Below are positions 51,891 to 60,302 of a DNA stretch of 64,000 bases, one piece after another. Below the pieces are notes generated by a model. That model was not told the DNA's origin, searched no databases, and worked only from the letters and a program-made list of their open reading frames with translations. The first letter of the stretch is position 1, and the number at the start of each line of letters is the position of its first letter. Source of the stretch: Acidimicrobiales bacterium (GTDB taxonomy: Bacteria; Actinomycetota; Acidimicrobiia; Acidimicrobiales; VFJN01). Both the position numbers and the translations under genes were made by a program. The stretch covers positions 4,999-68,998 of the forward strand of contig DASXTK010000310.1 in assembly GCA_036505485.1 (NCBI GenBank), given 5' to 3'.

Positions 51891-52213
51891 GCGCAGGGCC
51901 GTCGGCGAGAGCCCAGGGGTTCGGAGGCCAGCTCGCCGAGCCGGTCGGCGAGCTGGGCGATGACCCGCCGGTCGAGGGAGTAGTAGGTGAAGGCGCCGAC
52001 CCTCTCGGAGGTCACCACACCGGCCTGGCGCAGGACCCGGAGGTGATGGCTGATCAGTGGCTGGGCGGCGTCGAGCTCGCCGACCAGGTGACAGGTGCAC
52101 AGGTCCTCGACGGCGAGGCGCAGGACGATCTCCCAGCGCAACGGTTCGCCGAGGAGCTTGAGCAGCGCTCCTGCGTCGGTCGTGATGTCGACGGCCATCG
52201 CATCAATGCTCAT
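51887..52213 (-). CDS. arsR: ArsR-family metalloregulator
   Basis: LGEPLRWEIVLRLAVEDLCTCHLVGELDAAQPLISHHLRVLRQAGVV (Cys pair in the alpha3 region). Confidence 0.8.
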   Translation of the reverse strand: MSIDAMAVDITTDAGALLKLLGEPLRWEIVLRLAVEDLCTCHLVGELDAAQPLISHHLRVLRQAGVVTSERVGAFTYYSLDRRVIAQLADRLGELASEPLGSRRRPCA

Positions 52214-52273
52214 TGATGTACTGGGGCTGAGGCAAACGAACAGCGCGTGGACACCAGGTGTCGTCTCGGAGCT

Positions 52274-52314
52274 GTGACCTCTGGCTCCCGGCATGGAGAG
52301 GAGCCAGAGGTCAC
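52274..52314. repeat. Family B-related palindrome B3 (14-15 bp stem), or an ars operator
   Basis: gtgacctctggctc-...-gagccagaggtcac. Shares tgtgacctc with B2. Lies 61 nt upstream of the arsR start. Confidence 0.7.
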
Positions 52315-52330
52315 CAGGTGGGCCGCTGGG

Positions 52331-53797
52331 TCAGAGGCCACCGCGCCGCCACGGTCCGGTGATGGCGCAGGTCATGCCGCTGCCCGCTTCGCTCCCGCCG
52401 AAGACGTTGACGAACAGGGTGGCGCCGTCGGAGCTGAAGCAGGCCCCGGCGAACTCGCTGTCGTTCAGGACGTTCACCGCGAACTCGAACGGCTCTCCGC
52501 CCGGGACGAGGCCGATGACCCGGTTGACGTTCTCGATCCCGGGAGCCAGCGGATGGGTGTCGGCATCGATGTCGGAGGCGTCGTCCTCGCAGGTGATGAT
52601 CCCGCCCCGGGGGGTGATGGTCACGTTGTCGGGCGAGTCGAGCGCGCCAACCCCGGTGGATTCGTAGATCAGCTTGAGCTTGTCGCTGTTGGCCCGGTAC
52701 TCCCAGATCTGGCCATAGCCCTCGGCGTAACCGTCGCTGTTGACATCACCGTTCTTGACGTCACCGCCACTGGTGGAGATGAACACGATCCGGTTGCCGG
52801 CGGCCCAGATGCCTTCGAGGCGGTTGAACCCGGCGCCCCCGGCCGTGTGGCCCTGGGTGAAGCAACTGTTGGCGCCTACGGCTCCGAAGTCGATGACCGG
52901 GTCGGGGTCCACGTTGTCGACCGGCACCCAGGTGACGCGTAGCTTCTCGCCGACGGTGCGGCCCTCACGCAGGTCGACGCCAGGTTGTCCCTCGATGCCG
53001 AGCATCTCCAATGCACCACCGGCGGACAGGTCACGAGGATCGTTCGGGACGTACCGGTACAACCCCGACGGGCGGCCGGAGCCGGCATCTTCGGTCTGGT
53101 ACACGATCCCTCGCAGGTCGACCGCGCAGGCCTCATGGGAGAAGCGGCCCATGCCGGTGATCGGCACCGCCGGCACCGTCGCGGTCGCGTCCCCAGGAAG
53201 GAGGAAGGCATAGCCGTGCTTCTGCTCCCATCCCTGCGCCGGGCCGGCGATGGTCTCCTCACAGGTGATCCACCCCGAATCGTGCTTGGCGATCCCGCCC
53301 GCGCAGTTCACGATCGTGCCGTTGATCCCCACGAACTCGTTGACCACGGTTCCGCTGCGGGTGTCGAAATCGATCACCGTGACCCCGCCGACCCCTTGGG
53401 CGTCGTACTTGGTCTCGGCCGGACCGCCCACCGCGCCGATGCCCTCGGGTGTTCCCGGTCCGGTACGGACCTCCTGGTTCCGGGTCAACCGGGCCACCTT
53501 GCGCCAGCGGGTCGGCAACGCCGCCGTCCCGTCGTGGTTCTGGGCGTGCACGCCCCCCGACATCAACGGGGCACCGGTCGCGCCGAAGGTCACGTAGGTG
53601 AATCCATCGGGCAGGGCCAGGACCGGCACGCCACCATTGGCCGGCGCCAGCGGCGCCAACGGCCCATAGTTCCCTCGCCCGTGGCCACCCATCGCGCCGG
53701 CGGCCGCCACGTCCAACACCCCGGTCGCCTTACCGACCACGGCCAGGCCGAAGCCGGCGGCCGAACGGGTCAACAACTCACGACGAGTCACACTCAC
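52331..53797 (-). CDS. phoX: PhoX-like / DUF839 secreted beta-propeller phosphatase
   Basis: Tat signal VSVTRRELLTRSAAGFGLAVVG. ...NVFGGSEAGSGMTCAITGPWRRG C-terminus. GTG53797 start. Confidence 0.75.
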   Translation of the reverse strand: MSVTRRELLTRSAAGFGLAVVGKATGVLDVAAAGAMGGHGRGNYGPLAPLAPANGGVPVLALPDGFTYVTFGATGAPLMSGGVHAQNHDGTAALPTRWRKVARLTRNQEVRTGPGTPEGIGAVGGPAETKYDAQGVGGVTVIDFDTRSGTVVNEFVGINGTIVNCAGGIAKHDSGWITCEETIAGPAQGWEQKHGYAFLLPGDATATVPAVPITGMGRFSHEACAVDLRGIVYQTEDAGSGRPSGLYRYVPNDPRDLSAGGALEMLGIEGQPGVDLREGRTVGEKLRVTWVPVDNVDPDPVIDFGAVGANSCFTQGHTAGGAGFNRLEGIWAAGNRIVFISTSGGDVKNGDVNSDGYAEGYGQIWEYRANSDKLKLIYESTGVGALDSPDNVTITPRGGIITCEDDASDIDADTHPLAPGIENVNRVIGLVPGGEPFEFAVNVLNDSEFAGACFSSDGATLFVNVFGGSEAGSGMTCAITGPWRRGGL

Positions 53798-53829
53798 GAC
53801 AACGTCCTCCCCTTTGTGGACATCAAGCA

Positions 53830-54135
53830 ATGTTGAGTCCACACCTCGGAGAGAACAGGCGCATAGCCCCTGCACAACGGTGCGGTGAACACTGTGCCAA
53901 CATCACCGCCGTGGCGGCGCGGACGAACGTGGGGCGGCTGCCGCAGGGTCGCTACTGGGTTGGGTTCTCGGGATTCTTCACCGCCGTGTTCGGCGTGATG
54001 TTCCTGTTCGGGGCCATCAGGCAGGGACCCAACGACGAGCCCGGCGAAATCGCCGCCGCGATCGAGTCCCTAGCCGCCACCCACAACATCCCCGCCGACC
54101 TCGACCCCGAACCCCTCCGCTGCCGCTGGTTCTAG
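53830..54135 (+). CDS. Hypothetical small membrane protein (weak call)
   Basis: One hydrophobic helix (YWVGFSGFFTAVFGVMFLFGAI). No family recognised. Confidence 0.3.
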   Translation: MLSPHLGENRRIAPAQRCGEHCANITAVAARTNVGRLPQGRYWVGFSGFFTAVFGVMFLFGAIRQGPNDEPGEIAAAIESLAATHNIPADLDPEPLRCRWF

Positions 54136-54144
54136 GCGGCGGCG

Positions 54145-54197
54145 GGACTCTTTGAACGGAAATGGTTGGCTACCAACCATTTCCGTTCAAAGAGTCC
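54145..54197. terminator. Perfect 25-bp stem / 3-nt loop hairpin between convergent genes (bidirectional terminator-like, or a repeat element)
   Basis: ggactctttgaacggaaatggttgg-cta-ccaaccatttccgttcaaagagtcc, read directly. Locally AT-rich. Confidence 0.7.
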
Positions 54198-54316
54198 GGG
54201 TCCAAGCATCACGACGTCTCGTCCCCGCCCATGCCAGCCCCAAGGGGCTGGCCTACGAGCCTCGCTGCCGCCGACGGGACACCGCCGGACGTGAGGAGCG
54301 GAGCCGTTCTGGGGGA

Positions 54317-55147
54317 CTAGCGGCCGATGGAGTCGAAGAAGGCGGTCAGGTCTTCTTCCATGCGGTTGAAGGAGGCGGCGGCGAAGAGGATGGGCTGGTA
54401 GCGGGTGATGTCGTAGTCGAGGGTGCCCATCTGTTCGATGTCCCAGGGGCGGATCTCGGCCCGGCGGAACACGTCGATCTCGCCGTAGGAGGACAACAGC
54501 CCGGCGCCATACGCCTTCAGCTCGCCGTCCTCGTGCACCACCCCGAACTCCAACGTGAACCAGAACACCTTGGAGAAGAACTGCATCTCGGAGTCGTCGA
54601 CCGCCCGGACCGACGCATGGCCAGCCGCCTCGTAGAGGTCGGCCAGGTCCCGGTTGGCCAGCATGTTGGCGTGGCCGATTATCTCGTGCACCACGTCGGG
54701 CTCGGGGGTGTAGAAGGGCACCGAGTGGTGGCGGATGTACTGCGTGGAGAGAAACGTCCGTCGAGCCAGCGCTCCGTAGAACACCCGGGTCGGGACCAGC
54801 CCGGGCACCGGTTCGATGTGGAACCCGCTCAGGGCGTGCACCCGCTCGTCGACCTCCCGGAGCTGGGGCACCCGCTCGGACGGCAGGGTCAACGCCTCCG
54901 CGCCTTCGAGATAGGCGCGGCAGGCGTAGGTCTGATGCTTGGCCGCCAGCTCGCTGGAGACCACACGCCAGACGTCATCTTCCTCCGGCGTGTAGTGGAC
55001 GTCAGGGATCGGGTCGCCGCTGCGGTAGGCCGCGCCGACCTCGGATATGGCACCGCGTCGGGCCCGGTAGTCCGGGTCCGAAACCCCCGGATGGTCGTCG
55101 GGCAACTCGACTGGTCGCCCGACGGCATACGGGGTCGGCGACTTCAA
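54317..55147 (-). CDS. phhA: Phenylalanine 4-monooxygenase (aromatic amino acid hydroxylase)
   Basis: PDVVHEIIGHANML, FWFTLEFGVVHEDGELKAYGAGLLSSYGE. TTG start. Confidence 0.9.
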   Translation of the reverse strand: MKSPTPYAVGRPVELPDDHPGVSDPDYRARRGAISEVGAAYRSGDPIPDVHYTPEEDDVWRVVSSELAAKHQTYACRAYLEGAEALTLPSERVPQLREVDERVHALSGFHIEPVPGLVPTRVFYGALARRTFLSTQYIRHHSVPFYTPEPDVVHEIIGHANMLANRDLADLYEAAGHASVRAVDDSEMQFFSKVFWFTLEFGVVHEDGELKAYGAGLLSSYGEIDVFRRAEIRPWDIEQMGTLDYDITRYQPILFAAASFNRMEEDLTAFFDSIGR

Positions 55148-55269
55148 CGCTCTTCGACCATGTCCCGCATGGTCGACATGTCGTCGAGGTCACCCAGTCG
55201 ACCGACCAGTCCGGCCAGGACGACGATCACTGCCATCACAATCAGGCTGAAAACCACAATCTCGATCAA
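55144..55269 (-). CDS. Unlisted 41-aa single-TM small ORF coupled to phhA
   Basis: TTG55269 is preceded by AAAGAGG with a 7-nt spacer. LIEIVVFSLIVMAVIVVLAGLVGRLGDLDDMSTMRDMVEER. Its TGA overlaps the phhA TTG (TTGA). Confidence 0.45.
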   Translation of the reverse strand: MIEIVVFSLIVMAVIVVLAGLVGRLGDLDDMSTMRDMVEER

Positions 55270-55584
55270 GGGGGCACCTCTTTCGCTCGGCCAGCGCCCG
55301 CATACGGCCCGGCTGTGGGAGGGGGATTCCCGACAACGACCTAGGGGGAAAGGCCGCTCTCAAAGAGGTAAGACGCTGGAAGGCGTCGATTCGTTCCCCG
55401 AACCCGCTCCGGTCCGCCGCTAGACGCTGGTTTTCACGCTCTTCGCCACGGTGTCGTCGTCCGGATGCCCCATTGAACCCGGATCGTTCACCGTTACCCC
55501 CGCCGTCAATCCTCTACCCCTGGATCCTTGACCCAAACCGCGCGTTCCGATGATGTTCTGTCCCGGAAGCGGGATCGACGGCGG

Positions 55585-57720
55585 TCAGCCGCCGAGGACG
55601 CGTTGGGCCCCGGCGACGATGTCGTCGATCTGGGGCAGGATGGCCCATTCGAGCGAGGGCTCGTAGGCCACATGGCAGTCCTGGGCCGCGACCCGCCCTA
55701 CCGGTGCGTCGAGATCCCAGAACAGCTCGTCGGCGATCCAGGCCACGATCTCGGCCCCGAACCCGCTGCGCTGCACGTCCTCGTGGACCACCAGCACCCG
55801 CGATGTCGACCGCACCGACTCGGCCACGATCTCCTGGTCCCACGGAACCAGGCTGCGCAGGTCGATGACGTCCACCGACACCCCGTCGTGGGACAGCCGC
55901 TCAGCCGCCTGCAACGACTTGTGGACGGTCGCCCCCCACGTGACGATGGTCAGGTCGGGTCCCCGGGCCGCGTAGCGCCCCTTGCCGAAGGGCAGCACGA
56001 AGTCCGGCGGCGGGTACAAGCCCTTGGTGTAGGGCTGGCGCAGCAGGTGCTTGTGCTCGAAGAACAGCACCGGATCCTCATAGGCGAAGGCGGCCCGCAA
56101 CAGCCCCACCGCATCGATGGCCCGGGACGGGAAGGCGATCAGCAGGCCGGGGATGTGGGCGAAGATGGACTCGCCGCACTGGCTGTGCCAGATCGCTCCG
56201 CCGGTGAGGTAGCCGCCGATCGGCACCCGGATGACGGTCGGGCAGCTCCACGAGCCGTTGGAACGCCACCGGATGGTGGCCGCCTCGCTCTTGACCTGCT
56301 GCATGGCCGGATAGATGTAATCCATGAACTGGATCTCCGGTGAGGGCCGGAGACCCCGCAGCGCCTGGCCCACCGCCCGGCCGATGATGTTCGACTCGGA
56401 CAGCGGGGTGTTGTAGCAGCGAGCCCGGCCGTAGGCCCGTTGCAGACCGTGGGTGGTCCCGAACACGCCGCCCTTGCCCTCGACGTCGGCCAGGACCGCC
56501 TCTCGGGCGTCGGCCACGTCCTCGCCGAAGACCCGGATGCGCTCGTCGGCCCCCATGACCTCGTGCAGCCCACGGCGGATGGCTTCGCCAAACGCCACCT
56601 CATCGCCCTTCCTGGCCTCGTCACCGGCCGGCGGTTCCCCGGGATCGGGCAGGTCAGGCAGGGCGACCACGTGGTCCAGGACGGTCTTGGGGTCGGGTCG
56701 CCGGGCCGCCAACGCCTCTTTGGCCGCCTCGGCCACGAGCCGATGGGCCTCCTCGCGGATGGCCACGGCCTCGTCGGGGGTGATCACCCCCCGCTCCACC
56801 AGGGTGCGCTCCATCCCGTCGATGGGATCGTGCTCCAGCTCGGACTCGATCTCCTGGGGCAGGCGGTACTTGCTCTGCGTATCGGCGGCCGAGTGCGAGT
56901 AGGGCCGAGTGACCCGGGCGTGGATCAGCGCCGGTCCCACCCCGGCCCGGACATGGGATATGACCTCGGGCGCCATGTCCCGCACCGCGAAGTAGTCGGT
57001 TCCGTCCACGGTGGCGACCAGCAGCCCGGCGAACCCGGCGACCAGCTCGTTGACCGGAGCCGGTGCCTGCTCCGACGCGGGAACGGAGATGGCGTAGCCG
57101 TTGTCGGCCACGATGTAGAGGACCGGGAGGTGCTCGGTGCAGGCGGTGTTGAGGCTCTCCCAGAACTCGCCCTCCGAGCAGGCGCCCTCGCCCAGGCTGA
57201 CGTAGGTGAGCTCGTCGCCGTGGGCCGGCATGTCCAGCTCGGGGCGGCGCACGATGTAGCGACCGGCCTCGGCGCAACCCACCGCGGGGATGCACTGGCT
57301 GCCCGTGGGGCTGGACTGCGTCACGACGTTGAACGGCCGGTAGCCCCAGTGCGCCGGCATCTGGCGGCCCCCGGATGCCGGGTCGTCGGCCGATCCGACC
57401 GCCTGGAGCAGGAGCTGGGTAGCCGACATGCCCAGGCCCAGCATCAGCGCCGAGTCGCGGTAGTACGGGAAGAACCAGTCGTATCCCGGTCGTAGCTCGT
57501 GGGCCAAGGCGAGGTAGAGGGCCTCGTGGCCGGCTCCGGAGATCTGGAAGAACACCCGGCTCTGCTTCTGCAGGGCGATCTCACGGTCGTCTATCGCCCG
57601 GGAGATGCAGGCCAACAGCAGGTCACGGCGCAGCTCGTCGGTGGGATAGGACCGCCGGCGCCGTTCCTTGTCGCGCCGCTTGGTCTTGCTGGAGGTTGAG
57701 GATTTGGTCGTCGCACTCAT
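55585..57720 (-). CDS. Fused E1 alpha/beta 2-oxoacid (branched-chain type) dehydrogenase component
   Basis: TPP motif SLGEGACSEGEFWESLN in the N-terminal half and a transketolase-like beta half (FGEDVADAR...GGVFGTT). 711 aa. Confidence 0.9.
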   Translation of the reverse strand: MSATTKSSTSSKTKRRDKERRRRSYPTDELRRDLLLACISRAIDDREIALQKQSRVFFQISGAGHEALYLALAHELRPGYDWFFPYYRDSALMLGLGMSATQLLLQAVGSADDPASGGRQMPAHWGYRPFNVVTQSSPTGSQCIPAVGCAEAGRYIVRRPELDMPAHGDELTYVSLGEGACSEGEFWESLNTACTEHLPVLYIVADNGYAISVPASEQAPAPVNELVAGFAGLLVATVDGTDYFAVRDMAPEVISHVRAGVGPALIHARVTRPYSHSAADTQSKYRLPQEIESELEHDPIDGMERTLVERGVITPDEAVAIREEAHRLVAEAAKEALAARRPDPKTVLDHVVALPDLPDPGEPPAGDEARKGDEVAFGEAIRRGLHEVMGADERIRVFGEDVADAREAVLADVEGKGGVFGTTHGLQRAYGRARCYNTPLSESNIIGRAVGQALRGLRPSPEIQFMDYIYPAMQQVKSEAATIRWRSNGSWSCPTVIRVPIGGYLTGGAIWHSQCGESIFAHIPGLLIAFPSRAIDAVGLLRAAFAYEDPVLFFEHKHLLRQPYTKGLYPPPDFVLPFGKGRYAARGPDLTIVTWGATVHKSLQAAERLSHDGVSVDVIDLRSLVPWDQEIVAESVRSTSRVLVVHEDVQRSGFGAEIVAWIADELFWDLDAPVGRVAAQDCHVAYEPSLEWAILPQIDDIVAGAQRVLGG

Positions 57721-57844
57721 GTCATCGCACCTCCTCGGCCTCCGGCGAGGCTTCGCCGCCTACTGGTCCCTCAAAGCCGTGCACTCCTGTGTACCCGGTT
57801 TCGACCTACTTCCGCTGACCAACCCCTCCAGGCGGGTGATGCTG

Positions 57845-59374
57845 TCATCTGCAGCGGCCGCCCGGGGTGATGCGAACGGTGACCTGGGCGGCGCCGGCTC
57901 TGTTCCGCAGGGTGAGCCGGGTCGAGCACGGAGCCGACGAGACCTTGGCCCCGGTGACCTCGACGGTGTAGCCGTGCCGGTACTGCAGGTTGGGGATCGA
58001 AACGACGGTGTCCAGGGTCCTGGGGTAGGTCTGGCCGCTCGGTCCGACCGTGTCGTAGGCGAGGTCGTAGATGCGGGTCGCCGGGTCGAAGTGGGCCGAG
58101 GTGGGCGTTCCGGTGGTGGCGGCGGGATACGGCGTGTTCAGCGCCTGGAGCACCGCTACGTCGCGGACGGTCGCCAGGCTGGCCGGCAGCTCGCGCTCGC
58201 TCACCAGTTCCTCCCGATAGGCCCAGAACTGCCAGCTGACCAGGGCGTCGTCCACCTGGCCGGTGAGCCGCTGCAGGGTCGGCACGTCCATGGTGGCGCC
58301 GAACTCGGTCTCGATGAGCGGCCGGTCGTCACGCTCGGCCGCGGCGACGGCGTTGTCGACCACGCCTTGCTCCCCGCCGACGTCGACGGCATAGGAGTGG
58401 AACGACAAGATGTCGTCGCTGTCCGCTCCCGGCAGCGTCGTTCCCACCATGCCGAAGTTGAACAGGACGAAGGGCTCGACGTAGACGCCCTGGGTCTGGG
58501 TGATCTCCCGCACCGCGGCGGTGGCCTTCTGGTGGAACGGAACCAGTCGCTCCTGCTCCAGGGCGGCGCACTCCTCGGCCGGACCGAACACGCACGGCTG
58601 CCAGGTGGCGCCGGGCCACGGTTCGTTCATCAGCTCGTAGCCCATGACATAGGGGTCGTCAGCGAACCGCTCGGCCACGGCGCGCAGTCCGTCGATGTAG
58701 TGGTCCTGGATCCCGATGCCATCGGGGCCGGCTCGGTTGGACCAGAAGCTCTCGAAGGCCCGCTGCATGGCCGGGTTCTGGACGTAATACAGAGGGAACA
58801 CAGCATCGGGCGGGTTGGGCAGGCCGTCGTCGATGCCCATCCAGTCGGGCAGGCCGTTGCCGTTGTACTTGGGGGCGAAGCCGTCCTGGTGGAAGTCCAG
58901 CAGCACGAAGATGCGCCGACGGGCGAGGTCCCTTACCGAGGTGGCGATGTTCTCGATGTACTGGTAGTCGATCTGGCCCGGTTCCGGCATCAGTCCCAGG
59001 AAGTTGATGCCCAGGCGAACGGTGTTGAAGCCCTTGCCGGCCAGGAACTTGGCGTCGTCGGGGCCGAAAGCGTCGGCCGCGGGGTAGTAGGGCGCCGACT
59101 TGAACACCTCGTTCACGCCGTGGAGGAGGACCACCCGTCCCGTGGCGTCGGTGAACCAGCGTCCGTCGTTCGACAGAGGTGCGACCGGACCCAGCTCCGG
59201 TCGCTCGTCGTGCCTCGGCGCCGCCGGACCCTCAGTCGATCCCCCGAACCCCGCCGCCCCGATGATCAACGCCACGCAAACGCCGAACGCTGCAACCTTC
59301 TGCCCCAACTTCACCGTGATCCCCCACGTCGTCGGCCTAGTTACCGCCCGGCAACCTAGCGGCCGAGCGCTCAC
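57845..59374 (-). CDS. Secreted glycoside hydrolase family 5 (endoglycoceramidase/cellulase-like)
   Basis: GFNTVRLGINF, LLDFHQDGF, YELMNEPW (acid/base Glu). Signal peptide. The probable start is GTG59314. Confidence 0.85.
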   Translation of the reverse strand: MSARPLGCRAVTRPTTWGITVKLGQKVAAFGVCVALIIGAAGFGGSTEGPAAPRHDERPELGPVAPLSNDGRWFTDATGRVVLLHGVNEVFKSAPYYPAADAFGPDDAKFLAGKGFNTVRLGINFLGLMPEPGQIDYQYIENIATSVRDLARRRIFVLLDFHQDGFAPKYNGNGLPDWMGIDDGLPNPPDAVFPLYYVQNPAMQRAFESFWSNRAGPDGIGIQDHYIDGLRAVAERFADDPYVMGYELMNEPWPGATWQPCVFGPAEECAALEQERLVPFHQKATAAVREITQTQGVYVEPFVLFNFGMVGTTLPGADSDDILSFHSYAVDVGGEQGVVDNAVAAAERDDRPLIETEFGATMDVPTLQRLTGQVDDALVSWQFWAYREELVSERELPASLATVRDVAVLQALNTPYPAATTGTPTSAHFDPATRIYDLAYDTVGPSGQTYPRTLDTVVSIPNLQYRHGYTVEVTGAKVSSAPCSTRLTLRNRAGAAQVTVRITPGGRCR

Positions 59375-59400
59375 GCGTTCAGCCGCCCCGACCCGACCGC

Positions 59401-60039
59401 CTAGCTCGCGTCGAGGGTCCGCCGAACCAGCTCGGCACGCAACTTTGCGTAGAACTCGGTCATCTCAGCAAAGGTCGCGTCGTCCACCTCGAATCGATCC
59501 CGGTCGAGCCGAACCATCTGCCCGAGAGATTCCGCAAAGAAGTAGGGGCTGAAACCTTCGTCCTTCTCAGGTGCCCAGCGGAGCAGATTCTCGATCCCGT
59601 GCATCTGGGCGAGAAAGAACACATCGACGAAGTCCCGGGGAGCTGCCCGGCCAAACAGAGCCAGGAGCTTGTCCACCGCAAGCTCCTGGGCAGATCGAGC
59701 GGGACCTATGGCCGTCATCACCGAGTCCCGCCACTGGTAGTCGTAGGCAACATCGACATCGGAGCTATCCCCGTCATCTGCGACACGCAAGCGTACGAGC
59801 GTCGGGTGGCGAAATGCCTCCTCGCAGAAGAACCCTTCTTTCAGCAAGGCTGCGTGCAAAGCATCGGCTGCCGCGTGGATCGTCCGTCGTTCGACCCCAA
59901 AGAGATCGAGATCGTTGGTTGAGCGGTCGACAAGTCGCTGAACGATCAACGCTCCTCCGCCTGCGAGGGCAAATCCCTCGGCTTCGGGCAGGGCGAAGAA
60001 CGTCCGCGCTATGCGCGCTTGGAGGGGAGTGAGACCCAT
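59401..60039 (-). CDS. AbiEii/AbiGii-like nucleotidyltransferase (putative toxin)
   Basis: FALAGGGALIVQRLVDRSTNDLDLF is the NTase fold signature, with a later DVDVAYD. Start at ATG60039. Confidence 0.7.
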   Translation of the reverse strand: MGLTPLQARIARTFFALPEAEGFALAGGGALIVQRLVDRSTNDLDLFGVERRTIHAAADALHAALLKEGFFCEEAFRHPTLVRLRVADDGDSSDVDVAYDYQWRDSVMTAIGPARSAQELAVDKLLALFGRAAPRDFVDVFFLAQMHGIENLLRWAPEKDEGFSPYFFAESLGQMVRLDRDRFEVDDATFAEMTEFYAKLRAELVRRTLDAS

Positions 60040-60293
60040 CGCCTCGTGACATGGACGCCACGGATTCGTTCGAAGTAGTCGGCCCATGCGGCCTCGACGT
60101 TCGCCGGAAGGAACAGCTGCTCCCAGATCTCGAGAAGCTCGTCTACGTCAACGAATTGGCGGATGTGCTTCACATCTCCCTGCTGCAACACGATCTCGTA
60201 GAACGCGTTGCGATCCGCCGCTTCGTCCAGGTCGAAGGGCCGGAGCGGATAGCTCCAGTGCACTTCGAGCGGCAGCTCCACGAGTCGGGTCAT
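60009..60293 (-). CDS. Small partner protein of the nucleotidyltransferase (putative antitoxin, DUF6922-like pattern)
   Basis: HWSYPLRPFDLDEAADRNAFYEIVLQQGDVKHIRQFVDVDELLEIWEQLFLP. Overlaps the NTase start by 31 nt. The family assignment is from recall only. Confidence 0.5.
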   Translation of the reverse strand: MTRLVELPLEVHWSYPLRPFDLDEAADRNAFYEIVLQQGDVKHIRQFVDVDELLEIWEQLFLPANVEAAWADYFERIRGVHVTRRWVSLPSKRA

Positions 60294-60302
60294 GACGCCA
60301 TG

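Noticed and set aside
5884-54197. Palindromic repeats as a CRISPR array.
   Set aside because: The copies are dispersed kilobases apart, are self-complementary rather than spaced by unique spacers, and no cas genes are present.
55270-55584. The 315-nt untranslated region upstream of the micro-ORF/phhA, as a riboswitch or T-box.
   Set aside because: I could not recognise any conserved riboswitch core by eye. It needs an Rfam scan before any claim.
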